Source of the DNA: an uncultured delta proteobacterium
GTDB lineage: Bacteria; Desulfobacterota; WTBG01; CAIYCZ01; CAIRTM01
NCBI GenBank assembly: GCA_963804955.1
Contig: CAWDSQ010000002.1
Coordinates: 1-16,292, forward strand
Reading direction: 5' to 3'
DNA: 16,292 nucleotides
Of the stretch, positions 8,538 to 16,292 are shown piece by piece; the stretch's first letter is position 1, and the number at the start of each line of letters is the position of its first letter. The notes beneath the pieces were generated by a model. That model did no database searches. It was not told the origin of the DNA and saw only the letters and a program-made list of their open reading frames with translations. A program made the translations under genes and the position numbers.

Positions 8538-10483
8538 ATGCAAAAACTCTGCGGCTGGGTTGGCAAGATACTGAAGGTTGATCTGACGCATGAGCAGATC
8601 GAAATACTTGACACCATGGCCTATGCCGAAAAATTTCTGGGCGGCCTGGGGATCGGGCAGAAGCTGTACTGGGACCACGCTGCCTGGGGCGCCGATGCCT
8701 TTGACGAGCAGCAGCCCCTTATTTTCATGACCGGCCCGCTTGCGGCAACGCCTGCGCCCAGCGCGCCGCGGCTGTCCATCTGCGGCAAGTCGCCCTGCAT
8801 CTATCCCGAAACATTCGTGAGCGCAAGCCTGGGCGGGTTTTTTGCCCCTGAGCTGAAGAAAGCCGGTTTTGACGGCATCATCGTTGTGGGCCGTGCAGAC
8901 GGGGCAGTGCATATTCATATCGAGGACGGCAATGTCGAGATACGGGAGGCGTCGCAGCTCTGGGGCCTGGGGAATCTCACAACCCACGAGCTTTTGAAAA
9001 ATCGAGTTCGGCAAAAATGTGCGCATTCTTTCCATCGGCCCGGGCGGAGAAAACCGCACGCGCTATGGCATTATCTATACGGATGTTGCGGGTGCGGCCT
9101 CCATGGGGTTCGGCTCGGTCATGGGCGCGAAAAACCTCAAGGCCATCACGGTGAAGGGCACGGGCTCGGTCGGCGTTGCCGACCCTGAGGCGGTCAAGCA
9201 GATACGCAAGCGTTTTTCCGAGATGACCGGCACGGGGTTTTACAACCTGTTCGGCAACCCCATTATACTGCCGGGCATGACGGTGGTGAAAAAGGCGCAC
9301 TGCCACGGCTGCCCGCAGGGCTGCTGGCGCACAGTGCAGCAGAGCGCCTCGGGAGCGCAGGACATTCGCAAGTGCCAGACCAATCTTTTTTATGCCCTGT
9401 GGGACAGAAAGCTGCACGGCCAGATCACCGAGGCGAGCTTTCAGCGCTGCAACGCTTGCAAACGACTACGGCCTGTGCGTGCTTGATCTGGTGCAGCTCA
9501 TGTTCTGGCTCGACAAATGCAATGAAGCAGGCGTTTTGACCGAAAAAGAAACGGGCCTGCCCATGGCGCAGATGGGAAGCACGGAGTTTTTAGAAGACCT
9601 GCTGAAAAAAATCTGCTCGCGCCGGGGATTTGGCAGCGTGCTTGCCGAGGGCGCAATCCGCGCGTCGGAAAATGTGGGCGGCGAGGCCCGCGAGATCACG
9701 CGCAATATGTTTACGCAGACGGGCCGGGCCATTGCCTACGGGCCCAAGGTGTTTGTGCTGTCGGCACTTATCTACGCCCTTGAACCGCGGCCCTTCATCA
9801 CCGAATTGCATGAGGTGTGCGAGCCCCTCACCAAATGGGGCCGGTGGTACACGAAAACCGATGAGAAGTCCTATATGTCAACCGATGTCATCCGCCGGAT
9901 CGGCAAAGCGTTCTGGGGCGGGGAAAAGGCGGTTGATTTTTCAACCTATGAAGGCAAGGCCCGCGCCTCGGCCCTCATTCAGAACCGGCAGTATATAAAA
10001 GAGTCGCTTGTCCTGTGCGATTTTGCCTGGCCGGTGTATGATGATGCTTCCACTGAAGATCATGTGGGAGATCCCGGGCTTGAAGGCAAGCTTCTGTCAG
10101 CGGTGACCGGCTGGAAAATTGATGAGGCGGGGCTGAACCGGTATGCCGAGCGCATCATTGCCCTGAACCGGGCAATACTTCTGCGTGAGGGCCGCCGGGG
10201 CAGGCAGGACGATATTTTGCCTGAATTCTTTTTTATCGAGCGCGACGAGTTCATCGCCGATGTGTTCGGCATGCACAACCCCCAGCTGCTGCTGCCGGGC
10301 TCGGGCGACGAGGTCATTTCGCGGCGCGGCAAGGCCGTTGACCGGCAGGGGTTTGAAAAGCTGCTGGACGACTATTACGGCCTGCGGGGCTGGGATGAAA
10401 AGACAGGCTATATAAAAAAAGAAACGCTTATAGACCTTGACCTTGCCGACTGCGTGGAGCCCCTGGGGGAGAAGGCGGTATAG
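8538..10483 (+). CDS. aor: Aldehyde:ferredoxin oxidoreductase (tungsten/molybdopterin AOR family), two apparent frameshifts (near 9000 and 9440)
   Basis: GWVGKILKVDLT, GGLGIG, PLIFMTGPL, KSP, GGFFAPELKKAGFDGIIV, IGPGGEN, GSVMGAKNLKAI, CHGCPQGC (4Fe-4S), RRGFGSVLAEG, ESLVLCDF, LDDYYGLRGWD. An alternative start at 8517 overlaps a TATAAT (8513-8518). Confidence 0.9.
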
Positions 10484-10630
10484 GAGCATGTTTCAAAGTG
10501 CTTGGGGCACTCCGCTACGGCGGATTTGCCTACCCTGCGAGAGATTTTTTAATTCTAAAAAACGCTATGTACAGCGCCCCATAAACAAGGGGGCACTACT
10601 AGGATTTTATACGAAAAAACAAGACTATTT

Positions 10631-10666
10631 AATCCCCCTTTGCAAGGGGGCTCAGGGGGATTTTTT
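10631..10666 (+). repeat. REP-like GC palindrome, possibly acting as the aor terminator
   Basis: CCCCCTT-TGC-AAGGGGG hairpin, plus alternative pairing AATCCCCCT/AGGGGGATT, followed by a T run. Confidence 0.5.
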
Positions 10667-10843
10667 GAGCCTCTAAATCGTACCTCCTTTTGCTAATCGG
10701 GAATCACATGCTCCTGCAATGCCGGGCTTTGTACTAAGAATACTAGTAACGCCTGCTGATGCTCAAGGGTGTGTATACCCCGGTTAGGGAGGCGGTTTCG
10801 CTCCGGCGATTTAAGACTTTATTTTATTCAAGGAGTATGTTAA

Positions 10844-11342
<499 letters not shown>

Positions 11343-11350
11343 TGCGCAAC

Positions 11351-11442
11351 GGAGAGATGGCCGAGCTGGCTGAAGGTGCACGACTGGAAATCGTGTGTGC
11401 GTCAAAAGCGCACCGAGGGTTCGAATCCCTCTCTCTCCGCCA
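11351..11442 (+). tRNA. tRNA-Ser (anticodon GGA)
   Basis: Acceptor stem GGAGAGA/TCTCTCC; anticodon arm CACGA-CTGGAAA-TCGTG; long variable arm GTGCG-TCAAAAG-CGCAC; T-arm GAGGG-TTCGAAT-CCCTC; encoded 3' GCCA. Confidence 0.97.
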
Positions 11443-11475
11443 CGTTTTTTAAAGGCTCTTTTTGAAGAAAAAGAT

Positions 11476-11569
11476 GGCCGGATCCCAAACAACTGATGAC
11501 TTGCGAACCCCGCCAGGTCCGGAAGGAAGCAACGGTAGCAATGAGTTTGTGTGTTTGGTGTATCCGGCC
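11476..11569 (+). ncRNA. ffs: Small bacterial SRP RNA (4.5S)
   Basis: Helix 8 motif CAGGTCCGGAAGGAAGCAACGG inside a long hairpin closed by GGCCGGAT/ATCCGGCC, followed by a T run; canonical position upstream of dnaX. Confidence 0.93.
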
Positions 11570-11620
11570 TTTTTTGTTTAACAGTGATCCCGGCTGTGCA
11601 TGAGAGCAGCAGTGTTTATT

Positions 11621-11680
11621 GCAGGTTGGGTTAAGCCCAGACAGAATCCATGGTGCAGGGTTTCGTTCAGACCAACCTGC
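11621..11680. repeat. REP-like inverted repeat between ffs and dnaX
   Basis: Terminal perfect inverted repeat GCAGGTTGG (11621-11629) / CCAACCTGC (11672-11680), with internal GGGTTTCG. Confidence 0.5.
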
Positions 11681-11747
11681 TCAGAAACAACAGCAACGAG
11701 GAAGCACAGTGCATAAGGGTGAGCCCGACGAGGTGCTATAAAAAATT

Positions 11748-13490
<1,743 letters not shown>

Positions 13491-13737
13491 GCTTGAAGAC
13501 CGGATCATCGAGACCAGCGTCGGCGGGGGCATGGTGACGGTCAGGGCAAACGGCAGGCAGGATATACTGTCGATAAAGATAGCGCCCGAGGTGGTTGATC
13601 CCCGGGATGTGGCCATGCTCGAGGACCTGGTGACGTCTGCCGTCAACGAAGCCCTGCGGCAGGCAAAAGAGATGATGCAGCAGGAGCTCGGGAAACTGAC
13701 CGGCGGGCTGCGCATTCCCGGTCTCAACCTGTAAGCC

Positions 13738-14337
13738 ATGACAGCGCAGAACCCCATACAGAGCCTGGTTGCAAGCCTTGCCCGGCTGCCGGGCATCGGC
13801 GAAAAGACGGCAACGCGGCTTGCGCTGTTTCTGGTCAACTGCCCCGAGGAGCACGCTCGCGAGCTTGCCCAAAGCATTATCGACGCGCGGGAAAAAATCT
13901 GCTTCTGCTCGCAGTGCTTCAACTATACCGAGCAGGAGCTTTGCTCGATCTGCGCCAACCCCGGCCGCGACAGCCATGTCGTCTGTGTGGTGGAGACGCC
14001 CGGCGATCTTCTGTCCATTGAGCGCACGGCTTCGTTTAAAGGCCGCTACCATGTGCTGCACGGCGTTATCTCGCCCCTGGACGGCATCGGGCCTGATCAG
14101 CTGCGCATCCGGGAGCTTGTTGAGCGCATCCGTGAGCAGCAGATACGCGAAGTTATCATGGCCACCAACCCGACCATGAACGGCAATGCCACCGCCGTGT
14201 ATATCGCCGACAGGCTCAAGGACAGCGGGGCCACCGTGTACCGCATCGCCCAGGGCGTTCCTTCCGGAAGCGACATCGGCTACGCCGACCAGGTGACGCT
14301 CAGAAGCGCCCTTGACGGCAGGCGGGAGATGAAATAG
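13738..14337 (+). CDS. recR: Recombination mediator RecR
   Basis: LPGIGEKTATRLA HhH, CSQC..CSIC zinc finger, Toprim CVVE..YHVLHGVISPLDGIGP, ATNPT, RIAQGVPSG..YADQVTL. Confidence 0.97.
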   Translation: MTAQNPIQSLVASLARLPGIGEKTATRLALFLVNCPEEHARELAQSIIDAREKICFCSQCFNYTEQELCSICANPGRDSHVVCVVETPGDLLSIERTASFKGRYHVLHGVISPLDGIGPDQLRIRELVERIREQQIREVIMATNPTMNGNATAVYIADRLKDSGATVYRIAQGVPSGSDIGYADQVTLRSALDGRREMK

Positions 14338-14641
14338 CTTTTCTCATGCCGGCACCTGCAGCCTGACGGATAAGAGCCCGCTTCTTGCCGTGCAGAGGCA
14401 ATCCTGAAAGGGAAAATGTGTCGACTAATTCAAGGGGGGGGGTTCCCCACTCACTCAAATAGATACACCTACCCGGCTTTAACATTGAATATTTCAAACA
14501 ATACTATTAAGCCGCTTGGAACGTGCGGGCCGTAAAGAGTGCGCAGCCTGGGGCCCCATAGGCTTACTCTTTCTCGAAGAACCTCGATAGCACACATGGT
14601 AAGTCAACAACCTCGTATGGAGGGTCGAATTGATTTATTAA

Positions 14642-14778
14642 TGTCATTTCGAATCCGCCACAGGCGGTGAGTGTCCGCAGGTTGCGCCACCGCGCATCAA
14701 TCTTAAGCACTTGATTTTACTTGCTACAAAGATCTCTCCCGGAGCCTGCCCTGAGCAAAGCAGAAGGTCGACATAACA
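14642..14778. repeat. Nested REP/MITE-like palindromic element
   Basis: Terminal imperfect inverted repeat TGTCATTTCGA / TCGACATAACA; internal hairpin CCGCC-ACA-GGCGG; internal CCTGCCCTGAGCAAAGCAGAAGG unit. Confidence 0.5.
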
Positions 14779-14834
14779 GCAAAGTTAATTGCGCACAGCC
14801 TGATAGGGGCTGGATTCAAGTGTGTTCCTATTGT

Positions 14835-14862
14835 TTGACATTGACAACTTTTTTGATATATT
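14835..14862 (+). promoter_or_regulatory. Putative sigma70 promoter for wecE
   Basis: TTGACA (14835-14840), 16-nt spacer, extended -10 TG-A-TATATT (14854-14862); a second TTGACA at 14841-14846. Confidence 0.5.
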
Positions 14863-14994
14863 GAGCCAGCAGTGCACCAATGTTTACTAAAATGACAAAT
14901 ACGCTCATAAAAACAGCAGCTCAGCAGGGCTCCCTGGAGATATGAGACGCAGCAGAATCGGGGGCGAACTACTTAAAATCGTAGAGGACTAAGC

Positions 14995-16125
14995 ATGGAT
15001 TACCTCCCTTTCAACAAGCCGTATATGACTGGCAAGGAGCTTTTTTACATTGCCGAGGCGCATTTCAATGGTCATCTTTCCGGGGATGGAAATTTTACCA
15101 GTAAATGCAGTGCGTGGCTGGAGGCGCGGACAGGCGCGAACAAGGCGCTGCTCACGCATTCCTGCACTGCAGCGCTGGAAATGACAGCCATTCTGGCAGA
15201 CATCAAAGCCGGAGATGAAGTCATCATGCCGTCGTATACCTTCGTTTCAACCGCCAACGCCTTTGTCGTGCGGGGTGGGCTCCCGGTTTTTGTAGACATT
15301 CGCCCCGATACGCTCAACATTGACGAGACTCTGATAGAGGCTGCCATCACGTCACGCACCAGGGCCATCGTTCCTGTTCATTATGCAGGGGTGGCCTGCA
15401 AGATGGATGTCATCATGGACATCGCGCGGCGTCATAATCTTTTTGTCATTGAAGATGCCGCGCAGGGCATCATGTCTACCGACCACGGCAGGCCGCTGGG
15501 CTCGATTGGCCATCTGGGCGCTTACTCGTTTCACGAGACCAAGAATATCATCGCCGGCGAGGGCGGCGCGCTGCTGGTCAACGACAAACGCTTTGCCGAC
15601 CGCGCCGAAATCATCCGTGAAAAAGGCACCAACCGCAGCCAGTTTTTTCGCGGCCAGGTTGACAAGTACACCTGGGTGGATATCGGCTCCTCCTACCTGC
15701 CCGGTGAAGTTGTCGCGGCCTTCCTGTGGGCGCAGATGGAAGAAGCCGAGACCATCACGGAAAAGCGGCTGGCAATCTGGAACCTATATCATGAGGCCCT
15801 GGCGCCATTGGAGGCCAGAGGTGTGCTGCGCCGGCCCATCATCCCTGAAGGCTGCCGGCATAACGCCCATATGTATTACATTCTTCTGGAGAGCCTGGAG
15901 AAGCGCACCGATTTGATTAACCGCCTGAAGGATCAGCGCGTGAATGCGGTGTTTCACTATGTGCCGTTGCACAGCTCGCCGGCCGGCAGAAAATATGGTC
16001 GGGTTCACGGGAGAATGAATAATTCCGAATCGATATCAGATCGGTTGCTGCGGCTGCCGCTGTGGGTGGGGATGGACAATAAAATGGTAGAGCGCATAGT
16101 TAAAATTATTGAGTGCAACAGATGA
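14995..16125 (+). CDS. wecE: dTDP-4-amino-4,6-dideoxygalactose transaminase (DegT/DnrJ/EryC1/StrS family)
   Basis: PFNKPYMTGKE, LTHSCTAALEM, MPSYTFVSTANAF, VHYAGVAC, EDAAQG, SFHETKN (PLP Lys), REKGTNRSQFFRGQVDKYTW, HNAHMYY, VFHYVPLH, LLRLPL; intact 376 aa. Confidence 0.95.
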   Translation: MDYLPFNKPYMTGKELFYIAEAHFNGHLSGDGNFTSKCSAWLEARTGANKALLTHSCTAALEMTAILADIKAGDEVIMPSYTFVSTANAFVVRGGLPVFVDIRPDTLNIDETLIEAAITSRTRAIVPVHYAGVACKMDVIMDIARRHNLFVIEDAAQGIMSTDHGRPLGSIGHLGAYSFHETKNIIAGEGGALLVNDKRFADRAEIIREKGTNRSQFFRGQVDKYTWVDIGSSYLPGEVVAAFLWAQMEEAETITEKRLAIWNLYHEALAPLEARGVLRRPIIPEGCRHNAHMYYILLESLEKRTDLINRLKDQRVNAVFHYVPLHSSPAGRKYGRVHGRMNNSESISDRLLRLPLWVGMDNKMVERIVKIIECNR

Positions 16126-16292
16126 AGTATCGGGAGTCTATCGGAGCAATTCCCGGGCGAGCAACGATATTTCCGCTCCGCTCAAAATAATCGACAAAGC
16201 ACTATCGGCTGCTATCCTGCCGTTCTGTTATGAGGCCTGACGATACAGGTCAGCGGGGGCTCCTGGCAGGGGCAGATTGTTTTTCAGCAAGC

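Noticed and set aside
10700..10815. Small hairpins (GGGTGTGTATACCC; GGAGGCGGTTTCGCTCC) before tadA as a ribozyme or ncRNA
   Set aside because: There is no hammerhead core (CTGATGA absent) or other recognisable RNA motif; support is too weak.
16126..16292. Possible degenerate attC remnants after wecE (CGATATTT..AAATAATCG hairpin; GTTATGA; GCCTGACGATACAGGTCAGCGG)
   Set aside because: No complete paired R''/R' boxes can be shown and the element runs off the window edge.

Overview
Bacterial chromosomal window, probably from an anaerobic Desulfobacterota/deltaproteobacterium-like organism (inferred from gene content, synteny and REP-like repeats). The sequence carries about 17 small indels, including in the essential genes dnaX and tadA. 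Most 'split' ORFs are therefore probably single genes in an error-prone read or assembly. Left to right: a bPH_2 (PH-domain) membrane protein, a PIG-V-like GT-C glycosyltransferase (-), a secreted hypothetical protein (-), and then an accessory + strand locus. That locus contains a TetR regulator, a ~710 aa secreted seven-repeat beta-propeller/Ig-like protein, two tandem proteins that look like the ferredoxin-dependent bilin reductase/RCCR fold but carry export signals, and a tungsten-type aldehyde:ferredoxin oxidoreductase. A conserved core block follows (tadA, tRNA-Ser(GGA), SRP RNA ffs, dnaX, ybaB/ebfC, recR), then wecE/rffA. The best candidate for a novel system is the exported tandem bilin-reductase-fold pair (6334-8115) and its neighbours. 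The second highlight is an A10 run in dnaX placed like the Thermus tau/gamma slippage site.
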